Of a stretch of 64,000 nucleotides of DNA, positions 10,364 through 20,854 are shown one piece after another. Made by a program: the position numbers and the translations under genes. The stretch spans positions 448,001 through 512,000 of the forward strand of contig CAVXTH010000009.1 in assembly GCA_963764625.1 (NCBI GenBank), given 5' to 3'. Numbering within the stretch: the stretch's first letter is position 1; every line of letters begins with the position of its first letter. Source of the stretch: Candidatus Krumholzibacteriota bacterium. GTDB taxonomy: Bacteria > Krumholzibacteriota > Krumholzibacteriia > JAJRXK01. Below the pieces are notes generated by a model. It was not told the DNA's origin and made no database searches. It saw nothing but the letters and a program-made list of their open reading frames with translations.

Positions 10364-11383
10364 ATGGAAGAGCGCTACCGAGAAGATACAGAGCAAAGCT
10401 ACCGCTTCGCCAAGGGCGAGTCGGCCGAACGCGGCCGCCCGATCGCGCTGGTCGCGGTGGGGGGGCACGCCTTCATGGAACCCGGGGGGAAGGGCACGAT
10501 CGAGGAACACGAGCGTTGCGCTTTCGCGCTCTGCGACAAACTGATGACCCTGGTGGAGCGCGGCTACGAGTTGGTGATCACGCACGGGAACGGGCCCCAG
10601 GTGGGAAGCCTCTTGCTCCAGCAGGAAGCGGCCCAGCCAGAAGTGGCCCCAATGCCGCTGGACGTACTGGTTGCGCAAACCGAGGGTTCGCTGGGCTACA
10701 TCCTGCAACAGGCCCTGCTCAACCAACTGCGGAGCCGAAACATCGGGCGCTACGTGGTGACGGTGGTCACGCAGGTCCTGGTGGACGAGAATGACGAGGC
10801 ATTCAACATGCCCACCAAACCCATCGGGCCCTTCTTGAGCGAGAAGGAAGCCAAGCGCCGCGCGAAGGAGCTCGGCTGGACCGTACGCGAGGACTCTGGC
10901 CGCGGTTGGCGCCGCGTGGTTCCCTCCCCGCGCCCGCTGAAAGTGATCCAGCGTCACATGATTCGTGACGCCGCGCACAAAGGCCACATCGTCCTCGCCT
11001 GTGGAGGGGGCGGCATACCCATCACCGAAGAGAAGGGCACGCGGGCCTACAAGGGTATGGAGGCGGTCATCGACAAGGACCTCACCTCTAGCGTGCTCGC
11101 CAGTCAGATCGGGGCCGAACTGTTGATCATCCTCACCGCGGTTCCGCAGGTGTACGCCGGATTCGGCAGCAAGGATCAACGTCCTCTAGGCGCCGTTACG
11201 CTGCAAGAAATCGAGCGTCTGCGCGCGGAGGGCAATTTTCCCGTGGGGAGCATGGGCCCCAAGATCGACGCGGTGATCCACTTCCTGAAATCGGGTGGGG
11301 TGCGCGGTCTCATCACCGATCCGCAGAGTCTGGCCGAAGCCCTGGAGGGCCAGGCGGGAACGCACCTCGTGGGACGCATCTGA
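10364..11383 (+). CDS. arcC: Carbamate kinase
   Basis: THGNGPQVG, PTKPIG, RRVVPSP, AVIDKD, GSMGPK. Confidence 0.92.
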   Translation: MEERYREDTEQSYRFAKGESAERGRPIALVAVGGHAFMEPGGKGTIEEHERCAFALCDKLMTLVERGYELVITHGNGPQVGSLLLQQEAAQPEVAPMPLDVLVAQTEGSLGYILQQALLNQLRSRNIGRYVVTVVTQVLVDENDEAFNMPTKPIGPFLSEKEAKRRAKELGWTVREDSGRGWRRVVPSPRPLKVIQRHMIRDAAHKGHIVLACGGGGIPITEEKGTRAYKGMEAVIDKDLTSSVLASQIGAELLIILTAVPQVYAGFGSKDQRPLGAVTLQEIERLRAEGNFPVGSMGPKIDAVIHFLKSGGVRGLITDPQSLAEALEGQAGTHLVGRI

Positions 11384-12209
11384 TGGGAACCCCCGCGCGG
11401 CGGCCCGCCGTCGTCCTGAGTATCGCGGGAAGCGATAGCGGCGGGGAGCGGGGGTGCAGGCCGACCTGCGAACCTTCTGCGCGCTGCGCGTCCACGGCAC
11501 CTTTGCGATCACGGCATTGACCGCGCAAAACACTCAGGGAGTGCGCCACATCGAAGTCGCGACGGCAGAGAGCGTTCGGCAGCAAATCCTGGCGGTTCGC
11601 GAGGATTTTTCCGTGGCGGCAGTGAAAACCGGCATGCTTGCCAGTAAAGAAATCGTTGAGACGGTAGCCGACACCCTGGGAACCGGGCCTTTCGGTCCCC
11701 TGGTGGTCGATCCGGTGCTCGACGCCCAAAGCGAGGGGGTGCTTTTGCCCAGGGAAGCTCTCGCGACGCTCAAGGATCGCCTCTTGCCTCTGGCCACGCT
11801 CCTCACACCCAACCTTCCCGAAGCGGAGGCGCTCTTGGGAAGGCCGATCCCGGAGGGCATGCGGGAACTGGAAGTCGCCGCGCGCGAGATCCTCCGACTG
11901 GGCGTAAAAGCGGTGTTGATCAAGGGAGGACACGCCGAAGGACCCACAGCGGACGACCTTTTCTTCGATGGCGCACAGTTTCGTGTCTTCACCGCGCCAC
12001 GGATCCCCACCTCCAGCACCCACGGCACCGGCTGCACGCTTTCGGCCGCCATCACCGCGCATCTGGCGCGGGGAGCTTCGTTGCTCGAGTCGATCGAGCG
12101 AGCGAAGATCTACCTGACCGAGGCCTTGAAGGGCGCGGTTGCTCTCGGCCGCGGCCACGGACCGCTGCATCATTTCCACGAGTTCTACACAGCCGGGGAT
12201 TCTGCCTGA
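11383..12209 (+). CDS. thiD: Hydroxymethylpyrimidine/phosphomethylpyrimidine kinase (frameshift near 11445)
   Basis: VLSIAGSDSGG in the ATG-11383 frame, then QADL, KTGML, TPNLPEA, HGTGCT. Confidence 0.88.
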
Positions 12210-12249
12210 GAGTTCAGATCTCGCCTCGCCACTCACTGCATGGGCTCGC

Positions 12250-13269
12250 TCAGTCGCGTCTACGCTCGAGGGAAGGGATCTCGACGTGGAATGGGCGGAT
12301 GGTGAGATCCCCGAACGAAACCCGGGAGCGATAGCTGAGTCGAGGTCCCTCGGGGTCGCTGATCTCCCCCTGTCCCTCGCCGCCGCTGACTTCGCCGAAC
12401 ACCGCCTTGGCATCGCCATGCCACACGGCGTTGTCCGGGAGTCGAAGCAGCATTTCGCCCATTCTCATGTTCGTCACCAGGGAGGAATCGCGCAGGAGCG
12501 GTCCCCCGAAATGGATCCTCATCTCTCCCATCTCGCCCACGATGAGAATGTTCTTGGCCGCCAGGCGGGAAACGCCGTTGATCTCGAATTCCCCCATCTT
12601 GCCTTCGAGGCTGAAGCGGTTCATGTCGAGGGGATTGGAGCGATCGACCTCCAGACGGTAGTCGCCCATCACCAACTTGGTGGAGAGCGTGGCCAGAGCG
12701 AGATTCGTCAAATCGATCTTTCCCTCTCCCTTAGCCAGAGAGAGTTGCAGCTCCATCGGTGTTTCCACCGGCAATTGGACCTCGATCCGGTTGTCGGGAT
12801 GATCTTCGCCCGAGAACTTCTTGCTGGCGAGCAGCCGGCGCATCCAGTGAATTCGCGCTTTGAAGGTGAGGTGGTAGAGCGGCGTTCCGTCGTCGTCGAC
12901 ATCGTACTTCTGCACGAGGTCGTAGCTGGACTCGTCGTACTTGGCCTCGACTTTGATCCCGTCCGCCGCCGATCCCGGGTCGATGTGGAACTCCGCTTCT
13001 TCCAGCTCGAGGACCACCCGCACCGGCGCGGCGCCAGGAGTCTTCTCGCTCTCGGTTCCCGTGGGTTCCTTGCGCTCCAGCTGGGTCTGAGAGGTCGAAG
13101 ACGGGGCGGCCGGCGCGTTCGTCTCCACCTGTTGTCCCAGCTTGGCGCTGACGATGGAAGGCTCCGGCACTCCACTCATGCGGGCGCTCAGCACGAAGAT
13201 CAGGGCGAGCACCAACACGACGAGAGGAGAGAGGAGGCAGCCGAGGGCAATCTTGCTGGCACGTCGCAT
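12250..13269 (-). CDS. Membrane-anchored beta-repeat hypothetical protein (LiaF/adhesin-like)
   Basis: N-terminal TM helix; repeated MGE/MGD beta-solenoid-like motifs. Confidence 0.55.
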   Translation of the reverse strand: MRRASKIALGCLLSPLVVLVLALIFVLSARMSGVPEPSIVSAKLGQQVETNAPAAPSSTSQTQLERKEPTGTESEKTPGAAPVRVVLELEEAEFHIDPGSAADGIKVEAKYDESSYDLVQKYDVDDDGTPLYHLTFKARIHWMRRLLASKKFSGEDHPDNRIEVQLPVETPMELQLSLAKGEGKIDLTNLALATLSTKLVMGDYRLEVDRSNPLDMNRFSLEGKMGEFEINGVSRLAAKNILIVGEMGEMRIHFGGPLLRDSSLVTNMRMGEMLLRLPDNAVWHGDAKAVFGEVSGGEGQGEISDPEGPRLSYRSRVSFGDLTIRPFHVEIPSLERRRD

Positions 13270-13495
13270 GGGGCGGGCTCCGTGGGAAGGGTCACAAAAC
13301 GGGCGGGGTCTAGCCCGGGGTGGACTACGGATCCTCTCCCGGCCCAGTTGCGCCGGAATGTATCTCGTCACTTCGGCGGCAAGCCGCGAGGCGCTGAGCC
13401 CCGAGCGGCTCATTTCCCTTCGCGGCCTTGCTCTCTGATATTATCTTTGTATCGGCGTAGGCCAGAATTTGCAACTTCGAGAAAGGACAGTCTGA

Positions 13496-15478
13496 ATGCC
13501 TCCCCTTACCCGGCTCCCCGGGCGGACAACTCCGCCCGTCCTCTCACGTTTCCTCTTGGTCTCGTTGCTCTTGACGGTATTTGCGACCCCCTCGCTCGCT
13601 TTGCGCGTAGCCTCGTGGAATGTCCTCAATGCAAGCCCAAGCAATCTGGCTTCACGCATCGTATACGTACGAACCGTGCTGACCGCGATTCATCCCGATT
13701 TGATGATCGCGGAAGAGATCATCGGCACCGATGGAGCTCAGAACTTCCTGGACAACGTGCTGAACAACATCGAACCCGGGCAGTGGAGCATGGCTCCCTT
13801 CGTGGAGGGGCCCGACACGGAAAGCGCCTGCTACTACCGGACCAGCGCTTTGAACTACCAGAGCATGGTCACGCTCCCCACCGCGCTGAGGAACATCTAC
13901 GGATGGGCCTTCAAGCCAGACGGTTACAGCGCGGCTGCCGCCGAGTTCCGCATCTACGCCGTGCATTTGAAGGCCAGTACGGGAACCGACAACGAGCAGA
14001 AGCGATTGGCCGAGGCCACGATTCTCCGCAATCACCTCAACTCGCTACCCGCGGGGAGTCATTTCTTGGTGGGGGGCGACTTCAATTTCTATTCCGCGAG
14101 TTCCGAGCCGGCTTGGGATGAGCTGACCGGAAGCGCCAGCGACAATGACGGGCGCTGCTACGATCCGATCGACCGGGTGGGGAGTTGGCACAACAATTCC
14201 GCGTTCGTGGATGTGCATTCACAGTCACCGCGACTCGACAATCTCGGAGACGGTGGTTCGACCGGTGGCCTGGATGATCGCTTCGACTTTCTGCTCGCCA
14301 ACGACGACATGCTCGACGGAGCCGGGATCGCCTATTTGGCCGGCACCTATACGACCTACGGACAGGACGGCAACCACTTCAACAAGAACATCACCGACTC
14401 GCCGACCATTCCGCAGGGGGCCACGATCGCCAATGCTCTCTTCCGCGGTTCGGACCATCTGCCCCTGTATCTCGAGCTGCAGATGCCCGCGGAGCTGCAG
14501 ATCACGGGAAACCTGGCCTTCGGCCGCGTCTTGATCGGAACCACTCCGCAAATCGGGCTCCAGGTAGCGAATCCCGCGCCGATTCCTTCCGATGCTCTCG
14601 ATTACAGCGTGCAGGCGAGCGCTGGATTCACCGCACCGTCCTCAAGCCCAAGCGTCGCGGCCGGTGGCTCCGGTTCGGCGAGCATCGGGGTCGTGACCTC
14701 GACGCCGGCCGATCTGACGGGCACCGTCGACTTCACCACCAACGCTCCCGACGATCCCACTCCGCAGGTGGCGGCGTCGGCGACGGTTCTGGCGCCGTCG
14801 GCACCTTCGGTTCGCTCCGACGCGCTGCTCAGCAGCGAGGCGGCCGATTTCGGCAGCCACGCGGTCGGCGAATTCAGCGACTTTCAAGTGGACGCGTACA
14901 ATTATGGTTTCACCACTCTACAGGCCCTGTTGAACGTCTATGAGGTACAGATTTCGGGCACCGACGCCGCGCGCTTCAGCGTGCCTTCGTTCGCGGCGCT
15001 CGACCTCGGGGCGACACCGGCTGCCTTCACAGTGCACTTCGACGATAGCGGCGCCACCGGGGGATCGGTCTACACGGCTAGCCTGCACTTCAAGACGCGG
15101 GATGAACAAGGCGTGTTGGGGGCGAGCGCGCGCAACGATCTCGTCTACGACCTGTCGGCGACGGTGGAAGCGGTGGGCACTGCCGCTCCGGCGATTCCCG
15201 GCATCACGCGGCTTCTCACGAATCACCCGAATCCGTTCAATCCGAGTACGACCATCCGCTTCGACCTTGCGCGGGCCGGCGCGGTGCATCTCTCCATCTA
15301 CGACGCGCGCGGCCGTCAGATCGCGACCCTGCTCGATGGCGGGCTGCCGGCGGGCTCTCATTCAACCATTTGGAACGGGGTCGACTCCACGGGACGTCAG
15401 GTCGCCAGTGGGGTATACTTCTACCGCTTCCAAGCCGATGGAGTCGATCAGACTCGGTCGATGACGCTCGTGCGCTGA
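13496..15478 (+). CDS. Secreted endonuclease/exonuclease/phosphatase protein with C-terminal FlgD-Ig domain
   Basis: SWNVLN, HLKAS, GDFN, DRFD, SDHLP; PNPFNP...GVYFYR tail. Confidence 0.88.
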   Translation: MPPLTRLPGRTTPPVLSRFLLVSLLLTVFATPSLALRVASWNVLNASPSNLASRIVYVRTVLTAIHPDLMIAEEIIGTDGAQNFLDNVLNNIEPGQWSMAPFVEGPDTESACYYRTSALNYQSMVTLPTALRNIYGWAFKPDGYSAAAAEFRIYAVHLKASTGTDNEQKRLAEATILRNHLNSLPAGSHFLVGGDFNFYSASSEPAWDELTGSASDNDGRCYDPIDRVGSWHNNSAFVDVHSQSPRLDNLGDGGSTGGLDDRFDFLLANDDMLDGAGIAYLAGTYTTYGQDGNHFNKNITDSPTIPQGATIANALFRGSDHLPLYLELQMPAELQITGNLAFGRVLIGTTPQIGLQVANPAPIPSDALDYSVQASAGFTAPSSSPSVAAGGSGSASIGVVTSTPADLTGTVDFTTNAPDDPTPQVAASATVLAPSAPSVRSDALLSSEAADFGSHAVGEFSDFQVDAYNYGFTTLQALLNVYEVQISGTDAARFSVPSFAALDLGATPAAFTVHFDDSGATGGSVYTASLHFKTRDEQGVLGASARNDLVYDLSATVEAVGTAAPAIPGITRLLTNHPNPFNPSTTIRFDLARAGAVHLSIYDARGRQIATLLDGGLPAGSHSTIWNGVDSTGRQVASGVYFYRFQADGVDQTRSMTLVR

Positions 15479-15502
15479 GCGGCGCGTAGTTGAAACGGGG
15501 GT

Positions 15503-15526
15503 GGTGAGCGCCCTTGGGCGCTCACC
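15503..15526. terminator. GC-rich intergenic hairpin
   Basis: GGTGAGCGCCC-TT-GGGCGCTCACC; no U-tract. Confidence 0.4.
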
Positions 15527-15533
15527 TCGGTCG

Positions 15534-18191
15534 ATGGCGAAATCCTTCCTTTCGGTTCTCGTGGCGGTGGGACTGCTGGGCGCCGGGCTCGGGTTTGCGC
15601 CAGCCCGGGCTCAGGAAAAAGGCATCAAGAGCCCCGCGCAGTGGCTGGGTCACCCTCTCGGCGCCGACCGAGAGCTGGCTGACTGGGACACCATCGTACG
15701 CTACAGCTACTACCTGAGCGGAGAGAGCGACCGCGTCGACGTGGTCGAACTCGGGCAGAGCACCCTCGGTAAACCCTTCATCCTGGTCATTCTGGGCAGC
15801 ACCGAGTCCGTGGCCGAGCGCGATCATCTGCAGGATCTCGTCCACCGTCTCACCGAGGTCTCCGCCACCTCCGAATCGCAGGCGCGCGAGTTCGCGCAAA
15901 AGGGCAAGGTCATCGTCGCGCTCTCGTTGGGTCTGCACGCGATCGAAGTCGGGGCCTCTCAGGCCTCGATGGAGATGATGTACGAGTTTGCCACCCGAAA
16001 CGACGCGAAGACACGGGCCATTCTGGACAACTGTCTTGTGCTCATGGTGCCCTCGATGAATCCCGATGGCCTGGACATCGTGGCCGACTGGTACAAGAAG
16101 AGCGTGGGGACACAGGCCGAGGGCAGTCCGCCCCCCTGGCTCTATCACCACTACGCGGGGCACGACAACAACCGCGACGGCTTCTTCAACAACCTGAAGG
16201 AGACCGCGCTCTGGTCTCGCCTGCTCTACGAAGACTGGTTGCCGCAGGTGGTCCTGGATGAGCACCAAATGGGGGCTTCCGGTCCTCGCCTCTTCTTACC
16301 GCCCTTCGACGATCCCATCTCGCCCTCGGTTCATCCTCTGGTTTACAGCCAGCTCTCCGCCGCGGGACAACAGATGGTGAGCGACCTCACCGCGAAGGGC
16401 TGGACCGGCATCGCCACCTCCACCATGTTCACCGCGGAGTGGCCGGGTTCAGTGCGCAGCACCGGGTTCTGGCACAACATGCTCGGCTTGCTCTCGGAGG
16501 TGGCGAGCGCGCGGATCGCGACCCCTCTCTATTTTGCGCCCGGAAGCCTGGAAGGTGGGGGACGGGGGCTGCCGTCGTACCGCAAGCAGGCCAACTTCCT
16601 CGCACCATGGAGCGGTGGATGGTGGCGTCTGGGTGACATCATCACGCTCGAAAACGACCTCACCTGGTCTCTGCTGGCCTGGACGGCGCGCGAGAGAGAA
16701 CAGCTCCTCTTCAATTTCTACCAGATGAACGCGGACGCGGTGCGGCGCGGCCGCAGCGAAGCGCCCTATGGATTCGTGGTGGGGGCGGATCAACACGACT
16801 CCGGCGCCGCGCACCGATTGGCCCGGCTCCTCCTGGATGGAGGGATCGAGTTGCGCTGGCTTGCGGGTCCGGCCGAAGTAGGGGGAAGGCTCTATCCGCA
16901 CGGCGCCTACCTGATCGACGCGGCACAGCCCTTTCGTCCTTTCCTCATGGAGATGCTCGACCCGCCCGACTATCCGCTGGGGGGCGGCTCGAAGGACGAA
17001 GCGCCCCCGCACCCCTACGACGTCACCGCCTGGAGTCTTCCCGCGCTCTTGGACCTGAGAATCGAGTCCTTGGCGAGGCCGCTGGACTTCGGCCGGGCGG
17101 CCAAGGTCCTGCGGCCCCAACGCCCGCTGGTGGAGAAGTTCCAGGGCCCGGTCCGCCTCCCCGCGAGCGACAACGCCAGCCATGTGGCGGTGGCGCGGCT
17201 CCTGGCCCGTGGCGTGACCGTCTGGCGCTGGATCGAGCCGCAAGACGCGGCCTTCGACTCGACCGGCGGGCCACGCCAGGGAGACTTCCTGCTCGAAAGC
17301 GGCCAGGAGGCGGACGCGATCTTCATGGCCTGTGGCGCGCGGCCGAGCCCTCTCTCCGCTCTCACCCTGCACCCGGACGAGCTGGGCTCGCGCGCCGTCA
17401 CCTTGCACGCACCCTCTCTGGCCTTGTACTGCCCGTGGGGCGGGAGCATCAGTGAAGGGTGGATGCGGCTCGTCCTCGACCGCGGAGGCTTCAGCTACCG
17501 GAGCTTACGGAACCAGGACTTCCGCGCTCTGGCGAACCGTGTCGATGGGGGAGCGGCGCTTCGAGCTAGCTATGACCTCATCGTGCTCCCTTCGATCTCG
17601 CCCGAGGTTCTCTCGCAGGGACGGGAGGAGGCGCGAGGCCCCGCCCTGACGCGCGCCACCTGGCCCGAGAAATACCAGGGTGGTCTGGACGACACGGGCG
17701 CGGCGAAACTCCTGGAGGGCTTCGTGCGCGAGGGTGGAACCCTCATCGCGCTGGGTGCGGCGACCCGCTGGACGAGCCACGCGCTCGAGCTGCCGGTCGA
17801 GCCCACCCTGGAGTTCCTCTCGCCCGAGCAATTCCAGGCCCCCGGGACTTTGGTGAGAGCCACGCTCGATCCCAAGCAGCCCTTGGCCTGGGGCATGCCA
17901 CCCTCGGTGGCGGTGTATCTCGCGGCGGGCGAGGCATTCCGGCCGCGGGCCTACACCGAGAAAATCGACGTCCCCGCGCTCTACGCGCGGCAGGATCTGC
18001 TCGTCTCGGGTCACCTCGTGGGTGGAGAACACCTCGCCGGCCGGCCGGCCCTGGTGGATCTCAAGCTCGGGAAGGGGAGAATCGTGCTCTTCGGCTTCTC
18101 TCCGCTGTATCGCGCCCAGACCGAGGCCACTTTCAAACTCCTCTTCAACGCGCTGCTGAGAGCCGGAGAGGGGACGGGAGCTTCAGGCTAG
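15534..18191 (+). CDS. M14 zinc carboxypeptidase with C-terminal GATase-like domain
   Basis: Signal peptide, HAIE, NPDG, DNNRD, PYDVTAW. Confidence 0.85.
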   Translation: MAKSFLSVLVAVGLLGAGLGFAPARAQEKGIKSPAQWLGHPLGADRELADWDTIVRYSYYLSGESDRVDVVELGQSTLGKPFILVILGSTESVAERDHLQDLVHRLTEVSATSESQAREFAQKGKVIVALSLGLHAIEVGASQASMEMMYEFATRNDAKTRAILDNCLVLMVPSMNPDGLDIVADWYKKSVGTQAEGSPPPWLYHHYAGHDNNRDGFFNNLKETALWSRLLYEDWLPQVVLDEHQMGASGPRLFLPPFDDPISPSVHPLVYSQLSAAGQQMVSDLTAKGWTGIATSTMFTAEWPGSVRSTGFWHNMLGLLSEVASARIATPLYFAPGSLEGGGRGLPSYRKQANFLAPWSGGWWRLGDIITLENDLTWSLLAWTAREREQLLFNFYQMNADAVRRGRSEAPYGFVVGADQHDSGAAHRLARLLLDGGIELRWLAGPAEVGGRLYPHGAYLIDAAQPFRPFLMEMLDPPDYPLGGGSKDEAPPHPYDVTAWSLPALLDLRIESLARPLDFGRAAKVLRPQRPLVEKFQGPVRLPASDNASHVAVARLLARGVTVWRWIEPQDAAFDSTGGPRQGDFLLESGQEADAIFMACGARPSPLSALTLHPDELGSRAVTLHAPSLALYCPWGGSISEGWMRLVLDRGGFSYRSLRNQDFRALANRVDGGAALRASYDLIVLPSISPEVLSQGREEARGPALTRATWPEKYQGGLDDTGAAKLLEGFVREGGTLIALGAATRWTSHALELPVEPTLEFLSPEQFQAPGTLVRATLDPKQPLAWGMPPSVAVYLAAGEAFRPRAYTEKIDVPALYARQDLLVSGHLVGGEHLAGRPALVDLKLGKGRIVLFGFSPLYRAQTEATFKLLFNALLRAGEGTGASG

Positions 18192-18426
18192 CTGCCCTGG
18201 CTTGGGTGCAATGCCGTTGGCGGCGCCGATTCCCATCCGCTCCATGAGAGTCCCTTGTCCAAAAAGCCCAGTCGGGACTGGACCTCGCTACCCCACGCTC
18301 TATATTGACGACCACTGGGGGATGAGCCCGAGGCGGAGCCAGCTTTCTTCCTCGTCGGCTTGCTCACAGTCCTAGACGCGCTTAGACTGCTTTCTTAAAT
18401 CATTAAGAGCGCGCGGGAGGTTTGCC

Positions 18427-18927
18427 TTGGCTTCAACAGACTCGAATTCGTCTACCTCAGATCCGCAGCTGAAGCAGATCCTCCGCAGCGAAAAAGTGCG
18501 CCACGTGATGATACGTGAGCCTTTCACCGTCCCTCTTCACTCTCCGGTGAACGAGGCGGTGGAGGGAATCAAGGAGCGCACCACGAAATACGCTCTGGTG
18601 GTCGAGGGAGAATCCCTCGCCGGGATCTTCACCGAACGCGATTACCTGGACAAAATCGCCGGGATGAGAGTTTCCCTGCAGCAGCCGGTCGACGAGTTCA
18701 TGACGCGTGAGCCGCAGTTCATAGGGCCCGACAACTCGATTGCGGAGGCTCTCGATCTCATCATCGAAGGCGGATACCGCCATCTTCCCGTGGTAGAGAA
18801 CAACAAGCTGGTGGGTGTTATCACCTCTCTGGGCATCGTGAAATACATCGCGGAGCTCTTTCCCACCGAGGTCTACAACTTGCCTCCCCGGCCGGGTCAG
18901 GTCATGAACCAGGCTGAGGGGGGTTGA
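18427..18927 (+). CDS. CBS-domain protein
   Basis: GIFTERD and RHLPVV CBS pair. Confidence 0.85.
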   Translation: MASTDSNSSTSDPQLKQILRSEKVRHVMIREPFTVPLHSPVNEAVEGIKERTTKYALVVEGESLAGIFTERDYLDKIAGMRVSLQQPVDEFMTREPQFIGPDNSIAEALDLIIEGGYRHLPVVENNKLVGVITSLGIVKYIAELFPTEVYNLPPRPGQVMNQAEGG

Positions 18928-18978
18928 TCGAGCATCGTTCGCTAGGACTTCAACCTGAACCTCGAGGACTGAAGATCA

Positions 18979-20835
18979 ATGTCAGAGCGCAAGGTGACAG
19001 AATTAGAATGTGTCACGATCCGCTTCGCGGGTGATTCCGGAGACGGGATGCAACTCACCGGCTCCCGCTTCACGGATACTGCAGCCTTGATCGGAAACGA
19101 CATCGCGACCTTCCCCGACTATCCGGCCGAGATCCGCGCCCCAGCCGGCTCTTTGGCGGGGGTATCGGGCTTTCAAATTCAGTTCAGTTCACACGACATT
19201 CGCACGCCCGGTGACCACCCCGACGTGCTGGTCGCCATGAACCCGGCCGCGCTCAAAGTAAACCTGAATGACCTTCCCAAGGGCGGCGTCCTGGTGGTGA
19301 ACGAGGATGCCTTCGCGAAGTCGAATTTGAAGTTCGCGGGGTACGAGACCAATCCGCTGGAAGACGGCTCTCTGGCCGAATACCGGCTCATCCGGGTCCC
19401 CATGACCGAACTGACCATCAAGGCGGTCGAAGAGACCGGCTTGAAGCGGAAGTTGGCCGAACGCTGCAAGAACTTCTTCGCCCTGGGTGTGATGTTCTAT
19501 CTCTATCAGCGCTCGCTCGACCCCACTCTGAAGTGGATCGAGCTGAAGTTCGGCGCCAAGCCCGAAATCGCGCAGGCCAACAAGCTCGCGCTCACCAAGG
19601 GCTTTCACTACGCCGAGACGGTGGAGGTCTTCCAGACCACCTACGAGGTCAAGAAGGCCGCTTTGCCTCCGGGAACCTACCGCAGCATCAACGGGAACCA
19701 GGCCCTCGCTCTGGGATTCGTCGCCGCGGGTTCGGTGGCTAAGACCCCCGTCTTCTACGGCTCGTATCCCATCACTCCGGCCAGCGACATCCTGCACGAG
19801 CTGGCGCGCCACAAGGGTTTCGGAGTGAAGACCTTCCAGGCCGAAGATGAAATCGCGGCCATCGGCGCCACGATCGGCGCGGCCTACGGCGGTTCGATCG
19901 CGGTCACCGGGACCAGCGGTCCCGGCGTGGCACTGAAGAGTGAGGCCATGGGACTCGCGGTGATGACCGAACTGCCGGTGGTCATCGTGAACGTACAGAG
20001 GGGAGGGCCCTCGACCGGACTTCCCACCAAGACCGAGCAGGCGGACCTCTTCCAGGCCGTACTGGGACGCAACGGCGAGTGTCCGATGCCGGTGATCGCG
20101 CCGTCGACGCCCGGCGACTGCTTCCACATCGCGATGGAAGCGGTGCGACTGGCAACCAAGTACATGACTCCGGTGATCGTGCTGTCCGACGGCTATCTGG
20201 CCAACGGGGCCGAGCCCTGGCGGATTCCCGATCTGACGGAGTTGCCCAGGATCGAGATCAAGTTCGCGACCAAGAGCGAAGGGGAGTTCATGCCCTATGA
20301 GCGCGATGCGAAGACCCTGTCGCGTCCCTGGGCCATCCCCGGAACCCCAGGTCTCGAGCACCGCATCGGCGGCCTCGAGAAGGACCATCTCACGGGAAAC
20401 GTGAGCTACGACCCCGAGAACCACGAAGAGATGATCAAGCTCCGCGCGCGCAAGGTCGCGGGCATCGTGGACGACATTCCCGATCTTGCGATCGAAGGCC
20501 CCGCCGACGCGGAGTTGCTCGTGTTGGGGTGGGGTTCGACCTACGGTGCCATCACGAGCGCCTGCGAATCCCTGCGGGTCACCGAAGGCCTGTCGGTCGC
20601 CAACGCGCACTTGCGCTATCTGAACCCGTTCCCCGCCAATCTCGGGAAGATTCTCGACAGTTTCGACCAGGTCCTGGTGCCTGAGATGAACATGGGTCAG
20701 CTCCGCCGTCTCCTGCGCGCCGAGTACCTCAAGCCGGTCATGGGCTTGAGCAAAGTGCAAGGAAAGCCGTTCAAGGTGGAGGAGATCGCGGAGAAGGTCA
20801 GAGCCCTTTTGCAGAAGAAGGCTGTCGCCAGATGA
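18979..20835 (+). CDS. korA: 2-oxoacid:ferredoxin oxidoreductase alpha subunit
   Basis: AGDSGDGMQ, YPITPAS, QAEDEIAA, QRGGPSTGLPT. Confidence 0.93.
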   Translation: MSERKVTELECVTIRFAGDSGDGMQLTGSRFTDTAALIGNDIATFPDYPAEIRAPAGSLAGVSGFQIQFSSHDIRTPGDHPDVLVAMNPAALKVNLNDLPKGGVLVVNEDAFAKSNLKFAGYETNPLEDGSLAEYRLIRVPMTELTIKAVEETGLKRKLAERCKNFFALGVMFYLYQRSLDPTLKWIELKFGAKPEIAQANKLALTKGFHYAETVEVFQTTYEVKKAALPPGTYRSINGNQALALGFVAAGSVAKTPVFYGSYPITPASDILHELARHKGFGVKTFQAEDEIAAIGATIGAAYGGSIAVTGTSGPGVALKSEAMGLAVMTELPVVIVNVQRGGPSTGLPTKTEQADLFQAVLGRNGECPMPVIAPSTPGDCFHIAMEAVRLATKYMTPVIVLSDGYLANGAEPWRIPDLTELPRIEIKFATKSEGEFMPYERDAKTLSRPWAIPGTPGLEHRIGGLEKDHLTGNVSYDPENHEEMIKLRARKVAGIVDDIPDLAIEGPADAELLVLGWGSTYGAITSACESLRVTEGLSVANAHLRYLNPFPANLGKILDSFDQVLVPEMNMGQLRRLLRAEYLKPVMGLSKVQGKPFKVEEIAEKVRALLQKKAVAR

Positions 20836-20854
20836 GCCCGAAAGGAAGAATGAG

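Noticed and set aside
6149-12209. Programmed frameshifts or true pseudogenes in the permease, rhomboid and thiD (also the 60.7-63.7 kb genes)
   Set aside because: Single-base indels are scattered through unrelated genes without a common slippery motif, which is more consistent with sequencing or assembly error.
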